Positions 29,289 to 41,593 of a DNA stretch of 64,000 nucleotides are shown one piece after another. Numbering within the stretch: the stretch's first letter is position 1; each line of letters starts with the position of its first letter. The DNA is taken from positions 51,129-115,128 of the IMG/VR virus record IMGVR_UViG_3300031867_000015; one strand, written 5' to 3'. The stretch comes from a virus. Taxonomy: Duplodnaviria > Caudoviricetes. The position numbers and the translations under genes are program-made. The notes beneath the pieces were generated by a model. The model was not told where the DNA came from and searched no databases. It was given only the letters and a program-made list of their open reading frames with translations.

Positions 29289-30308
29289 ATGCCAAGAGGT
29301 AGACCTAAAGGAAGTGGTGGCACTAAAGCCAAAGGTACTTTTACAAAGTTAAACAAATCAGGTCTTAAAGAGTTGAAGTTTGATGAGGAAACAGTAAAGA
29401 AACTTAGGGAAATAAATGCTTCTGATAGTGAAATAAGGATGCTTGAAGCCCCATATCAGTGTACTTGTTGCGGAAGGAGATTTAAGAAACAACAGGGAAA
29501 TTTTATGCACTCAGAAAGCGTACTTCATAATGGTAATAATCATTACGTAACTGTTTGCAAGTCTTGTGTCGATTCTCTATTAGACCAGTATACAGCATTG
29601 CTTGGTTCACAGGATGCCGCAATAAAGCGAATCTGTATGAAGTTTGATATTTACTTTAGTGAATCCACTTGTGAACAATCAGTAAAGAAGGATGAAAATA
29701 CTTCACGAATATCAAACTATATAAGTAAGTTGAACCTTCAACAGAACGCAGGTAAAACTTATGATACTTACCTTTCTGAAATAAGTGAGCAAGGTGGAAT
29801 TGATTCTTACGATGACCTTGACAATTATAATGATGGTAGCAGAATCAGTAAGGTTATGTTTGAACGTTGGCAAGGTAATACACCAGAAGATATTATTTTC
29901 TTGGAAGAACATTACAAGATGTTAAAACGAACAAATCCTAACGCTGACAACAATCAGGAAATATTCATTAAACAGTTATGTATAATTCAATTAATGCAAG
30001 TTAAAGCACAGAAGAAAAGTGATATTGCCGCATTTGAAAAGTGTATCAAGATGTATAGGGAAACATTTAAACAGGCAGGTTTGCAAACTGTACAGGAAGA
30101 AGATACAAGTGTACAGAATCCTTTAGGTGTTAATGCCGAAATTATTTCCCAGTATACACCAGAAGAATTTTATAAAGATAAAAAACTTTATGAAGATTAT
30201 GATGGGCTTGGCGAATACTTTGCTACACACGTAGAAAGACCTTTGGAGAATCTTATGTTCCATGCTAATAAGGTATATGAAATAGGTGATGCAAATGAAA
30301 CTGAGTGA
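29289..30308 (+). CDS. YonG-like protein, probable terminase small subunit
   Basis: CTCC..CKSC zinc finger; immediately upstream of large terminase. Confidence 0.55.
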   Translation: MPRGRPKGSGGTKAKGTFTKLNKSGLKELKFDEETVKKLREINASDSEIRMLEAPYQCTCCGRRFKKQQGNFMHSESVLHNGNNHYVTVCKSCVDSLLDQYTALLGSQDAAIKRICMKFDIYFSESTCEQSVKKDENTSRISNYISKLNLQQNAGKTYDTYLSEISEQGGIDSYDDLDNYNDGSRISKVMFERWQGNTPEDIIFLEEHYKMLKRTNPNADNNQEIFIKQLCIIQLMQVKAQKKSDIAAFEKCIKMYRETFKQAGLQTVQEEDTSVQNPLGVNAEIISQYTPEEFYKDKKLYEDYDGLGEYFATHVERPLENLMFHANKVYEIGDANETE

Positions 30309-32088
30309 TTATGCTGATAAGAACCAAATGCAATTATACAAACAGTTTCCTTCCACTCATTTTCTTAGTAGCCCTAAAAGAGTTTTGAATACTATTGCAT
30401 GGATAACATTCTTTAGAAGAAATATGCATAGGTGTGCCATTGATTATCTCGGTATCAAATTATATCCTTACCAAGCATTAATGATGTATTTACTTGGCAT
30501 ATGTGATTTATTTAATACGGTAGGTTCAAGATGTATAGCAAAGTCATTTATCATTGGTCTGTATTCATGTTGTCACGCAATCCTCTATCCTCATAGTGAG
30601 ATTGTTATAGTTAGTGCAACTGTCAAGCAAGCTGAGTTAATTATAACTAAGAAAATTCAAGGTGAATTGATGCGTAGTTCCCCTCAGTTACGTGCTGAAA
30701 TAAAAGCAGTTAGACGAGTTGATGGAAACCTTTGTGTATTCTTTAATAACGGAAGTACCATTAAGATAGGTAATTCCAGAGGTGAACGAAGCACACTTCT
30801 CATTAGAGAAGAAAGTCGTATGATTAAAAAGGAAATAGATGATTCGGTATTCTCCCCTTTCCAACACGTAAGAAATGTTGAGTACATGAAAAACGCTTTC
30901 TATACTAATATACAAGGATGCATTGAAGAACCCAAAGATGTTTATATAACTTCTTCTTGGTTAGACAATGGACATTGGATGTGGGAAATAGCAGACGAAG
31001 CCTTTAGCCAAATGATGAAACATGGAAAACAAATTCTTCTTGCTTTTGACCTAAGTGTTGTTATAGAACATAAACTTAAAACTCTTAATTATCTTAGGAG
31101 AGAAAAGAGAAAACTGGATAATCTGTCATGGCGCATTGAGTACCTTAATGAAAGAGTTAAGGAAAATACTGGTGCGTTTTTTAATTATCAGGAACTCGCA
31201 AGACAGCAAAGGTTGGTAAGACCTTTCTATCCAAGAAAAACAATAGATGTTTTATCGGGAAAAAAGAATCCATTTGCCATCCCAAAACAAGAAGGTGAAA
31301 TTAGAGTTGTCGCTTGTGATATGGCTTTTGTAGAAAATGAGAAGAATGATAATTCTATTTTCTCTTGCACAAGGTTACTGCCAGAAAGTACAACTCACAC
31401 ATTGGCTGATAAAAGTATTGAAATTAATAACGGATATCGTAGACAATTCCCTTATCTTGAAAGTGTACAAGGTGGAGACATTGATATGCAAGCAATTCGT
31501 ATTAGGCAATTGTATGAGGACTTTAATGCCGATTATATTGTACTTGACCTAAGAAATGCAGGTGTTGCAGTTTATGACCGTCTTGCAAAAGTTATGTATG
31601 ACGAAGAAAGACAAATAGAGTATTCACCATTGACCTGTATGAACGATGATAGCATAGCAAACAGAGTTAAAACACCAAATGCAAATCCATGTATATTTGT
31701 TATCATAGCTTCACAAAAGATGAACAGTGATATAGCAATGGCTTTAAAGACAGCATTACAGGATAATAAGATTGATTTACTTATATCGTACAATAAGGCT
31801 CTTGAAGAACAGTTACCCAAGATTGATGAATACAATCAGGCGATTGAACTTGATGACCAATTGTTTTACGAAAAGCCATATCTTGAAACTCAGGAATTTA
31901 TTGCAGAAACAAATGGATTGCTTTGTGAAAGGAAGGAACAAACAGGTGTTCTTGTTATAAGCGAGAGAGGTGCTAACCGTAAGGATAGATATACTTCTAT
32001 TTCGTATTCAAATTATTTTGCAGACTTATTAGAACAAGATTTAATGTCAATTAATACACAATATGAAGTTGTTGCACTTGTAAATTAA
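30286..32088 (+). CDS. terminase large subunit
   Basis: LYPYQ, SRCIAKS (Walker A variant), IREES (Walker B variant), ACDMA and KDRY nuclease motifs. Confidence 0.85.
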   Translation: MMQMKLSDYADKNQMQLYKQFPSTHFLSSPKRVLNTIAWITFFRRNMHRCAIDYLGIKLYPYQALMMYLLGICDLFNTVGSRCIAKSFIIGLYSCCHAILYPHSEIVIVSATVKQAELIITKKIQGELMRSSPQLRAEIKAVRRVDGNLCVFFNNGSTIKIGNSRGERSTLLIREESRMIKKEIDDSVFSPFQHVRNVEYMKNAFYTNIQGCIEEPKDVYITSSWLDNGHWMWEIADEAFSQMMKHGKQILLAFDLSVVIEHKLKTLNYLRREKRKLDNLSWRIEYLNERVKENTGAFFNYQELARQQRLVRPFYPRKTIDVLSGKKNPFAIPKQEGEIRVVACDMAFVENEKNDNSIFSCTRLLPESTTHTLADKSIEINNGYRRQFPYLESVQGGDIDMQAIRIRQLYEDFNADYIVLDLRNAGVAVYDRLAKVMYDEERQIEYSPLTCMNDDSIANRVKTPNANPCIFVIIASQKMNSDIAMALKTALQDNKIDLLISYNKALEEQLPKIDEYNQAIELDDQLFYEKPYLETQEFIAETNGLLCERKEQTGVLVISERGANRKDRYTSISYSNYFADLLEQDLMSINTQYEVVALVN

Positions 32089-32107
32089 ACAAAGAAAGGA
32101 GGACGAA

Positions 32108-33703
32108 ATGGCTAAGACACAAAAAAATTATGATAATAAAAACTATGAAACGTGTAGTTATTGGTATCATAACGATGTAACTACCGCTACATATTTTAAT
32201 ATTCTATACGATTATAAAATTGAACAGCTTATTGGTATGATTCAAGAGCCAATGATAGATAGCAATAATGAACTTATAAGAAAGATATCAAGAAGATTCT
32301 ATTCAAGTGATGGTATTGTTCGTAATGCTCTTGATTATATTAAGGTTCTTCCAACTTTGGATTATATTGTAACAAGCTATGCCAATGACAAAGCTTCTAA
32401 AATTAACAAAGAAGTTGTTAGATATGCAATGAAGAAGATAAGACACAAACAATTTGTTAGAGATGCTATTCTAAAGGGATGTATTGACGGTGTGGCTTTT
32501 TACTATCTTGATACTGGTAAAACTAAAGAAGATAGAAAGAAGTTTATAAGTCAATTCCAAGCCGATAGTATATCAGAGGTCAATGCGTTAAAACCAAAGT
32601 TGGCTAAATTAAACGTGTCTATCAAATCATTGCCTACTGATTATTGTAGAATAATTGGAACTAAGAATAATTCTTATGTCGTTGCGTTTGATTTAGATTA
32701 TTTTAATCTTGGCAATGAAAGTGCAGAAAGCAAATTGAGAAGATATCCTCCTGAGTTTACACAGGCATACAATAAGTGGAAATCGGGAAACAAAGATTCT
32801 AACCAGATGTTTATATTGGACAACACGAAAACAATTGTTCATAAAATATCTTCCAATCTTGATGAACCGTGGGGTAGACCACTTGTGCTTTCGGCTATCA
32901 AGGATATTCTTTATTCTGATGATTTTATAAATACTAAAAGAAATGTACTTGATAAGGTAAATAATAAAATTATTTACGAAACATTTCCAGAGGGCAAGAC
33001 CGCAGGTACTTCGGCTTTGAGCAATGAACAACAGAAACAGCAACATAATGCTGTTAAAGAAGCTGTGCAGACAAGAAAGGGAAATGGAACAACTTTCTTT
33101 TCCGTTGCCGCAGGTACAAAAATAGGAAGTATAGATGTTAATACAGATTTGTTTGATAGTGACTACGAAACAAATCTTGACCTAAATGTTGGTTCAGATT
33201 TAGGTATCGCCATATCCTTATTGAATGGTAACGGTGCTAACTATGCATCACAACAAACAAATCTTGAATTGATTACAGCAAAGGTGTTTGAATGGGTTGA
33301 TATAATTGTAACCGAACTGAATAAAGTTATTAATTATAATGTACTTGGTCTTAATTATATTGACGTTGAAATTAACTATCTTCCTATTACCAATCTTAAT
33401 AGGGAAAAATATTTTAATATCGCAAAAGAATTATTTACAATCGGTAGAGGTTCGCTTGCTTATCTTGCTAATTGTGCAGGTTTATCAAAGGAAGTATATT
33501 TCGCCATGTTGGATGAACAGTTAGAAGAAGGAGTCATGGACAAATATCCTGTTAATGCAACTTCTTATAACACCTCTGGTAATGATGTAAATAATACAGA
33601 AGATGATAAGGGCGGTAGACCAACGGAAGATAATCCTACCAATGACAACACTGTTAAAAGTCAAGCTAACAATTCAAATGGTCAGCCTAAACCAAACGTG
33701 TAA
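32108..33703 (+). CDS. portal protein
   Basis: 531 aa after terminase; EPWGRP motif; GGRP..DN tail. Confidence 0.8.
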   Translation: MAKTQKNYDNKNYETCSYWYHNDVTTATYFNILYDYKIEQLIGMIQEPMIDSNNELIRKISRRFYSSDGIVRNALDYIKVLPTLDYIVTSYANDKASKINKEVVRYAMKKIRHKQFVRDAILKGCIDGVAFYYLDTGKTKEDRKKFISQFQADSISEVNALKPKLAKLNVSIKSLPTDYCRIIGTKNNSYVVAFDLDYFNLGNESAESKLRRYPPEFTQAYNKWKSGNKDSNQMFILDNTKTIVHKISSNLDEPWGRPLVLSAIKDILYSDDFINTKRNVLDKVNNKIIYETFPEGKTAGTSALSNEQQKQQHNAVKEAVQTRKGNGTTFFSVAAGTKIGSIDVNTDLFDSDYETNLDLNVGSDLGIAISLLNGNGANYASQQTNLELITAKVFEWVDIIVTELNKVINYNVLGLNYIDVEINYLPITNLNREKYFNIAKELFTIGRGSLAYLANCAGLSKEVYFAMLDEQLEEGVMDKYPVNATSYNTSGNDVNNTEDDKGGRPTEDNPTNDNTVKSQANNSNGQPKPNV

Positions 33704-33768
33704 AAGAATCGCTAAAACATTAGCGGTTCTTTTTATATTATTATTTCATTGAAAGGTGGTGAGACTAA

Positions 33769-34950
33769 ATGAACACAATTCTCGAAATGGGAAGTAAGAA
33801 AACCAAAGGTGGTAGACGATATATCAAATTAGCACTTCTCACCATTCATGAAAATGAAGAAGATACCAATTTAAACGGCATTAATTGGCGAGAGCAATAT
33901 GTACTTAATAATATCGAAAGCGCAAAGGGTATGCCGATATGTTGTGAATTTACAGACGAAACAAAGACAGTTCCTTTAGGTCATGGGTATACTGACCAAA
34001 TGACTGATGAGTATGGAAACCAAATTCCTCTTTTTGAAAACTCTGACACAGTAGGTGTTGTAGAAACAGCACAGATTGAAAACATAGTTATCGACAATGA
34101 AGAAAAGCGTGTTCTTGTAGGAGAAGGATATTTATACAATCAAAGATATCCTAATTTTGTAAGATGGCTTAAAGATAATATGGCTGAAAATTCTATTAAA
34201 TCCTCTATTGAAATAGTTGGCACAGAGGAAAACAAAGGTCATATTATTTACGATGGTGAAGTAACTGAGGAACATCGTGTCCCTAAAGAATTTGACTTTA
34301 GTGGTAGTGCAATTTTAAGTGTAAAAGAAGCAGACAAAAACGCTGTTGTGTTAGAAGCGGCTTCTTTAAATAAAAACAGTAACAAAGAAAGTGAGGTTAA
34401 TAGAATGGATGAAAAGACACTTGCTCTGATTTGTGATTCAGTAAAGAATACAATCTCAGAAACTAATTCTAAGAACGCAGAATATGAGACAAAGATTGCG
34501 GAACTTAATCAGACTATTACTGATAAGGATGCTAAGATTAATGAACTTAATGCTTCTGTTGCAGAAATTCAGACTGCTATTGAAACTGTAAAGGCTGAGA
34601 TGGCTAAGAAGGAATCTGAACTTAATGCGGCTTGGGAAGAAAAGGCGGCTCTTGAAAAGGCTCTTGGTGAAGCAATGGCAAAGGAAAGACTTGGCGAACT
34701 CAATGAAGCTATTAAGGATTTCTCTGATGAGCAGAAAAACTACGCAAAGGATGAAATCGAAAAGTTCAATGCAGACCCTACTAACGTAGAGATTAATACT
34801 GTACTCGATGCTATTTATCGTGGTATTGGTAAGCAGTCAATGGAAAAGAAGGATGAGCCTGTAGTTGAAGTTAATTCAGCAGATATTTATGGTGAGGTAA
34901 TTCACCCTACATCTCAGGTTAATCAGCCCGTAGAAGGTTCTATTTATTAA
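33769..34950 (+). CDS. prohead protease / scaffold fusion
   Basis: protease-like N-domain (SSIEI, FSGSAIL) plus acidic coiled-coil C-domain with internal RBS/ATG (MDEKT). Confidence 0.7.
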   Translation: MNTILEMGSKKTKGGRRYIKLALLTIHENEEDTNLNGINWREQYVLNNIESAKGMPICCEFTDETKTVPLGHGYTDQMTDEYGNQIPLFENSDTVGVVETAQIENIVIDNEEKRVLVGEGYLYNQRYPNFVRWLKDNMAENSIKSSIEIVGTEENKGHIIYDGEVTEEHRVPKEFDFSGSAILSVKEADKNAVVLEAASLNKNSNKESEVNRMDEKTLALICDSVKNTISETNSKNAEYETKIAELNQTITDKDAKINELNASVAEIQTAIETVKAEMAKKESELNAAWEEKAALEKALGEAMAKERLGELNEAIKDFSDEQKNYAKDEIEKFNADPTNVEINTVLDAIYRGIGKQSMEKKDEPVVEVNSADIYGEVIHPTSQVNQPVEGSIY

Positions 34951-34973
34951 TTACAAGAAAGGATGGTTTTATT

Positions 34974-35423
34974 ATGGTAAAGGTTTTTACAGTTGAAATG
35001 ATTGAACACTCAGCACACAGCACACCTAATGTAACTGCACACGCAGACCTGCCTAATGGTGCGCTTGTAGGTCTTACTTACACAGGTACAACACAGACAA
35101 CAAAAGCCCCTGCAACTGGCGAGGAACTTTATATTGTTCTTAATACACAGGAGGGCGATAAGGAGTATGACCTTACTTACACAATCGCACAGGGCGAATA
35201 TGTAAATCTCTTTAAGCTTTCAAATTGGGTTGGCAAGGAACTTGCTGTAACAAAGGAAAATATTGTAGGCACATTTGCTGATATTGCAGTAGGAGACACA
35301 CTTACATTTGATGCTACAACTTTCAAGTTCAAGGAAGATACTGCAACTTCTGGTGATGTTGCATTTGAGGTACTTGCAATTACTCCTATTGGTGTAAGAG
35401 TGCTTATTAAGATTGCCGCTTAA
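34974..35423 (+). CDS. head decoration/cement protein
   Basis: position between scaffold and capsid; beta-rich; high-expression codons. Confidence 0.55.
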   Translation: MVKVFTVEMIEHSAHSTPNVTAHADLPNGALVGLTYTGTTQTTKAPATGEELYIVLNTQEGDKEYDLTYTIAQGEYVNLFKLSNWVGKELAVTKENIVGTFADIAVGDTLTFDATTFKFKEDTATSGDVAFEVLAITPIGVRVLIKIAA

Positions 35424-35450
35424 TCAAAGAGGAAAGGAAGGTAATAAAAT

Positions 35451-36539
35451 ATGAAAACATTTGAAATAAATGAAATGGCAAATTGCCGTAGAGATTCAGT
35501 AAACAAGAATCTTCACTCAACATCTCCCATCGTAGAGACTTTTTCTGCGCTTGTTAAGGGTGAGTCTATTGAGAATATCAAGGACACCAACGGTGTTAAG
35601 TGCGGTGATAGATGCGTAACAGCTATTAAGGAACTTAACGCAAGAGCAGAATCAGGTGATGTTTCTGCTATTTCCGAGATTAACACTATCAGAACCTATG
35701 TTGTAAATCCTCTGCTTCTTGAAGAAATCAAACTGCTTGGCTTCTTTGGTGGTTACGAGAATCTTGGATATGATGAAACAATTGAGCGTAAGATTATCAA
35801 GCAGAGTGTAAACACAAGAGGACAGGCTCTTAATGGTGATGTGCCTTTCAGCTTCAATTATGCTGACAAGTATACTGTTCCCTCTACATCCCTGAGTGCA
35901 GGTTATGAGGTAGATTACCGTAAGGCACAGTTTGGTGATATGTCTGCTGAGAATATTCTTATTGAAAACATCAAGACAGATATGAGAAACAAGGCGGCTT
36001 CTTATGCGTTCGACAATGTAATTAATGCAGTAAATAATGCTACAATTAAGAACGCTGTAGTAGGCGTAACAAGAGCAAATGTTCAGACAGTTATCAACAA
36101 GGCTCGTCCTTTTGGTAGGGTAACTCTCGTTGGTGATACATCTGCTGTTATCAAGCTTAATGATATCGCCACATATGCAGATTCACAGGCTACACCTTAC
36201 ATGAACATTTCTCAGGAGGCTATGAATGAGATTGCTAAGAACGCATACGTTTCAAATATCATGGGTGCAACAATCTACGGTATGGATAACGCTTATGACG
36301 TTAGCAAGCTTAATGCCGCAGGTACATGGTTTGATAAGGTTGCAGATGACAGATATATCTATGTAGTTCCTACTGGTGTTACTTCACCTGTTCAGCTTTG
36401 GACAAGGGGCGGTCTTACATCTATGACTGGCACTGATGTTACAACTGGTAGACTGCTTACAAGATATGACCTTGAAGTAGCCGCTGATGTAGCAAAGGGC
36501 GAAGAATATAAGATTGGTCTTATTGACACTGTATCATAA
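35451..36539 (+). CDS. major capsid protein
   Basis: 362 aa, high-expression codon bias, position, followed by terminator. Confidence 0.75.
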   Translation: MKTFEINEMANCRRDSVNKNLHSTSPIVETFSALVKGESIENIKDTNGVKCGDRCVTAIKELNARAESGDVSAISEINTIRTYVVNPLLLEEIKLLGFFGGYENLGYDETIERKIIKQSVNTRGQALNGDVPFSFNYADKYTVPSTSLSAGYEVDYRKAQFGDMSAENILIENIKTDMRNKAASYAFDNVINAVNNATIKNAVVGVTRANVQTVINKARPFGRVTLVGDTSAVIKLNDIATYADSQATPYMNISQEAMNEIAKNAYVSNIMGATIYGMDNAYDVSKLNAAGTWFDKVADDRYIYVVPTGVTSPVQLWTRGGLTSMTGTDVTTGRLLTRYDLEVAADVAKGEEYKIGLIDTVS

Positions 36540-36552
36540 TTGAATTAAATAA

Positions 36553-36578
36553 AGTGGGGCGGTCAATACTGCCCCACT
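36553..36578 (+). terminator. hairpin after capsid gene
   Basis: agtggggcgg-tcaata-ctgccccact. Confidence 0.6.
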
Positions 36579-36599
36579 AATTAATTAAGGAGGATTTCT

Positions 36600-39500
36600 T
36601 TGATGAATCTTAACATGAATGAAAATATATCAATAAAAAATCTGACAACTTTTCCTGTAGGATTTAGAAGAATCAATGGAAACGGAGAAGTTAATCTTCC
36701 ACCTAACACATCAGTTCTTATTGATAGAGCAGAAGTTATTTCGCAGATTCAGTCACAGAATATTTTATTCTGTGGAGAGAACAATGATTCTTCTCATCCT
36801 TATATCTTTGTTGAGGATAAAGAAACAAGAGTGTTTGTTGGATTTGAAACAGAGGATAAGCCACAGGAGATTATTAGCGAAGATAAAATTAAAAAGATTT
36901 TTGATATAAAAACACAGAAGTCTTTTGAGAAGGCTATTACTGAAACAATTGTAACATTGGCTGAAAAGAAAACACTTATTGAAACAATTAAGAAGCTTGG
37001 TATCAATGACCATAGCAAGATTAAATTTATTGAAAAGTATACAGAAATGAAGATTGATGACTAAGATAAGGTGGTGAGACTATGGCTGACACAACAACTT
37101 TTGAGGATGTGCTGAATAGTTTTCATACTCATTTGCAAGAGAAACAACCCTTACCTACTGGATTGGAAAATGCGTTCTTTGAGTCAGCCCTTGCTTACTA
37201 TGAACTTGAAATAGACCATCTCGACTACAACGAGGATGAAAGTAAGTTTGATTCAAAGCATAATAGGACAGTGGTATATACTTTAGGCATGATAATGTAT
37301 ACTGAATATCTTACAAGAGAATTAAGTAGAATTGAAAAATTACAAGGTTTTCATGGCAAGGATATTCAGTTAACAGGAAGTGATGAAAGTAAGCGAACTA
37401 CCAAGTCAGACTTGGAACTTGAACTTCAAAGATGCAATGAGTATCTTCATAAACAGAAAAGGCATGGATATAATTGAGGTGATGCGGTATGGAATCATGG
37501 TATGTTATACAACCGCAACCTACAATGAATAGCGGATATGAAAATGACGAATGGGACAATTATGTTACAGATGCATTTGATGAAGTTTTAACCGAAACTA
37601 AGTTGGGGCAAACTGTTTTTCTTTGTAATGGTTTATATGATATCGAAACTGGTTTGTTTGAAACTGAATTTGAAACACAGGCGGTTATTCAGAATGTAAC
37701 TCCCGATGCTTATACTCAGGGTTGGAAACGACAGATACTTACACGCATTTCAGATATGCTTGTTAATTATAAGTATGTAAAAGTAAAAGATACTAAAGGT
37801 GATTGGCAAATATATCTTATTATGACAATGCCAGACCAGAATCACATTTACACTAAGTCCGTTATACATGAGTGTAATTACACATTGCGTTGGCAAAATA
37901 AACAAGGAATAGTTTACAATTATCCTTGTTTTATAGAAGATGCTTCTCAGTATAATAGTGGTGTTAATGATGTAAATAGTGTAATCAGAACACCTTATAA
38001 TCAGCTTATGTGTTGGATATCGTTTGATGATAATACAATTGGTCTTAAACGTGATAGACGTATGTTTATTGATTATACTACTGCATATCCACCAGAAGTT
38101 TATAAAATAACTTCAACATCAAAAGTACCTTATTCCTATAATGATAAGCGCATTATACGTTTGCTGTTTACAGAGGATGTATATAATCCTGATGTAGACG
38201 ATTTAGAATTAGGTTTGTGCGATTATGTTGACCCCGATGATATACCTCAACCAACTACTCCAATTGTAATATCCTATAAGGGAAATCCAGAGATTAAGAT
38301 TGGTGGACGTAAGACATTTAAAGTTGAAAATGAAACTTCTGTTGTTTTCAGCTTATTGCATGACACTTCACTTGTAAATAAAGTTAGTTTAGAACAAACT
38401 GATAATCAGTGTGTCATTAGATGTGTTAACGATGTAAATATAGTTGGCAGTCATTTTAAATTAATTGCAACTACTAATGATGGACAAGCAGAACTATTAA
38501 TAACAATAAAGGGAGTGATATAATGCCAAATAGTTCTCTGGTAATACAGGCAAAGAACGATATGCTTGTAGCACTTCAAAATGATGACAGAATTATAGAA
38601 GCACTTGGTATACATGACGATGAGGATATTGACAATCTGATTGCAGATAGTGATAAGGATGCTTTATCAAAAAAAAGATTATTTCCTCATTGGTTTGTGC
38701 CAAAAACACAGGATATTGCCAAGACATATATCTGTATTGAAGCAGGTGTTACGGCAATTGAAAGAAGGTTTACTTCAAGTGTTGCGCCTAAAACATATGA
38801 TATGGCTACAATAACCATATATGTATTGTCCCATCAGGACGATTTATATATGAATAAGGCAGGTGTATCAGCAATTCGTCCAGACTACCTTTCGGTTTTG
38901 ATTGACGAAAAGTTTAATGGTTCTAATGAATTTGGCATAGGCACGTTACAACGAATAAGCAACGAACCTTATAGCCTTAAAGACAATGTACATCGTTATA
39001 GACAAATTGTATTTCAAGCAGTTGATTTCAATGACAATATGTGTGAGGTTATCCCATGATTCAAGGTTTAAGTCTTTTACGTGGTAAGGATATAAAAATA
39101 AATGATGACATTTATATTCGTCAGCCATCGTTAGGTGAAATTGAGGAACATGATGAGTTTAAATATATGTCTATGATTTCAAACTTTGTATGCTCCCCAT
39201 TTGATATGATTGCACAACTTGACAAAGAGGGATATGACTTTACTGAGATAACAGACTTTCAATTGTTCTGTGCGTTGTGTCAGAACTTAAACAAAGATGA
39301 TACTAAGATTCTTTTTAGGGATTTAGACTTTTCTTCTTTTAGGGTTTTTATAAATGAAGAAAAGAAGCAAGTTGAATTAAGAAATAAAAGTATTGTTATC
39401 ACTGAAAGAACTTATAAACAAATTGCTGACACTATTCGCACTATTCATTCAATCCCCCCACCTCAGTTTAAGGGTGTGGCAGACGAATATACAAAGCAGA

Positions 39501-39781
39501 AGATGATTGAATATGCCTATGATGAATTAGAGTTTGCAAAACGAAGTACACCGAAATCAAGTTTAAGGACTATGATATCAAGAGCAACCAACCATCCTTA
39601 TTTTAAATATAAATTAAATGAAGTATGGGACATGAAAGTTTATGCTTTCTATGATGCCATAAAAAGTATTAATATAGTTGAAAGCTCAAATCAATTAAGT
39701 ATGGGTGCATACTCAGGTAATTTAGATTTGAGTAAAATAAACAAGAATAATTTTAATTGGCTCAGAGAAGTCAAGGATTAA
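36600..39781 (+). CDS. five head-tail joining / tail completion genes (36600-37064, 37082-37477, 37489-38523, 38523-39059, 39056-39781)
   Basis: position and sizes between capsid and major tail genes. Confidence 0.6.
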
Positions 39782-39799
39782 AGAAAGGAAAGTGATTAT

Positions 39800-40630
39800 A
39801 TGGCAACAGTTAATAGTGTAATTCCAGATATAATTCAGCGTGTTGTTGGTAGAAATCGTCTTACTGCCGAAGTTCTTTTCATTACAGGTAAGGTAGCAAA
39901 TGGCTCTCTTACAACTGATGCACAGGAAGAAGTAAAGACAGATGCAGAAGGTTCAACACTCGCAAGATGGATGAACGCTAAGACAGCAGAGTTCACAGGT
40001 GATGAAACATTCTGGAATCTTGACCTTTATGCACAGCAACTCAATGGTGAAGGTAAGACAATTGGTACAACTGGCAACGGTGTTATCGTTCCTATTTCTG
40101 ACCCTATTAAGACATATGCTGATGGTGATACTCTTACTACATATGTAATGAAGTATAGTGCGGCAAATGTTAGTTCAACTGCTACACCTGCATATAAGAT
40201 TTCTGTTTGTACACTTAATAAGGACGGTAGTCCAAATAAGAGATTTAGACAGGGTGATGCAACAAGTTCTGGTGTATTTACTTATACTGCTGAATCACAT
40301 ACACTGAAATTTGCCGAGGGCGATATCGCAATTGGTGATAAGCTGTTTGTTGAATACGATTTCAACTCTGAGGACTGTGTGGCTGTTATTGACTCTGCTG
40401 ATAAGTTCCCCGAAGATATTGAGATTGTTGTAGAGGGTCTGTTTAAGGATGCTTGCGGTAACGCACAGGCAGGTTATACAGTATTCCCTAAAGCACAGCT
40501 TTCAGCTTCTACTACTGCTTCATTTGGTAGAACAGATACGTTCCCATTCTCATTCTCAGCACAGCAGGATTACTGTGATGATGAGAAACAACTCTTTAGA
40601 CAGGTATTCCCAAATCTTCCTACTGTTTAA
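39800..40630 (+). CDS. major tail protein
   Basis: 276 aa, high-expression codons, FPKAQLS..FPFSF tail-tube-like end. Confidence 0.65.
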   Translation: MATVNSVIPDIIQRVVGRNRLTAEVLFITGKVANGSLTTDAQEEVKTDAEGSTLARWMNAKTAEFTGDETFWNLDLYAQQLNGEGKTIGTTGNGVIVPISDPIKTYADGDTLTTYVMKYSAANVSSTATPAYKISVCTLNKDGSPNKRFRQGDATSSGVFTYTAESHTLKFAEGDIAIGDKLFVEYDFNSEDCVAVIDSADKFPEDIEIVVEGLFKDACGNAQAGYTVFPKAQLSASTTASFGRTDTFPFSFSAQQDYCDDEKQLFRQVFPNLPTV

Positions 40631-40644
40631 TGGGGTGATTTAAT

Positions 40645-40962
40645 TTGAAGAATAACTGTTGGATTTGTGGCAAGGAATATGATGCTTGTCTGAACTGTAA
40701 TAAAACAAATGGTTGGAAAAGATTCACCTGTTCGGAGGAACATTATCAGATTCACCAGATTCTTTCAGAGTACAGAGAGGGCATCATAAATCCCAAAGAA
40801 GCTACAGAAATGTTTGAGCACCTTGATATCAAAGCTGATACTGAGTTAAATCTGCTTGAAGCTATAACAACAGATATCAAGGCTATTATAGCAAAAGGCA
40901 CTCCTAAGAGCGTACCTAAACCAAAAAGCAAGTCAGTCGATAAAGACGTTGACAATGAATAA
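40645..40962 (+). CDS. Cys-rich hypothetical protein
   Basis: CWICGKEYDACLNC...CSEEH. Confidence 0.6.
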   Translation: MKNNCWICGKEYDACLNCNKTNGWKRFTCSEEHYQIHQILSEYREGIINPKEATEMFEHLDIKADTELNLLEAITTDIKAIIAKGTPKSVPKPKSKSVDKDVDNE

Positions 40963-40966
40963 AAGA

Positions 40967-41007
40967 AGGGGGCAAGTTAATTACGATTGGCTTGCCCCTA
41001 TTTTTTT
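40967..41007 (+). terminator. intrinsic terminator
   Basis: ggggcaag...cttgcccc plus T7. Confidence 0.7.
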
Positions 41008-41018
41008 AACAAGGAGGA

Positions 41019-41591
41019 ATGACAAGAGTGATTATACTCTCAACAGACCAGAGTAGTTCTTCAACAGGACTAAGTGTTTTTGATGATGGAGAACTTGTTT
41101 ACTATGAACTTATTGAAATGAAAAAAACTACAAGCAAGAAAATAATTGATATGGTTCTTAAAGAAGAAGAACACCTTTATCAAGTAACCATGCCAGAAAT
41201 TATATATAAGAATATTCTTAATCGTATCTGTATTGTTTCGGATAGAATTGAATATCTTATTGACAAATATAAACCCGATGTAATTTATATGGAAGATATA
41301 TTTTCAAGTCAAAATGTTAAGAGCGAATTTAATCTTGCAAGATTACAAGGATTTGTTTTGCACATCTGTCATAAGAAAGTAATCCCCATTAAGATTGTTG
41401 CTGAAAATACATGGATAAATCATTGGGGTAAATACGATAAGAAAATAAAAAGACCAGAACGAAAAAAGGATATTATGCGTAAAGTAAATGAATGGTATGA
41501 TTTATCATTGACTGTTAATGATGTAAGTGATGCTATTGCCATTGGACGATACGCTGTATCAATTGAAGAATCTAAAACTAAAGGAGAATAA
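41019..41591 (+). CDS. RuvC-like Holliday junction resolvase
   Basis: STDQSSSSTG, YMED, DVSDAIAIG acidic residues. Confidence 0.8.
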   Translation: MTRVIILSTDQSSSSTGLSVFDDGELVYYELIEMKKTTSKKIIDMVLKEEEHLYQVTMPEIIYKNILNRICIVSDRIEYLIDKYKPDVIYMEDIFSSQNVKSEFNLARLQGFVLHICHKKVIPIKIVAENTWINHWGKYDKKIKRPERKKDIMRKVNEWYDLSLTVNDVSDAIAIGRYAVSIEESKTKGE

Positions 41592-41593
41592 TT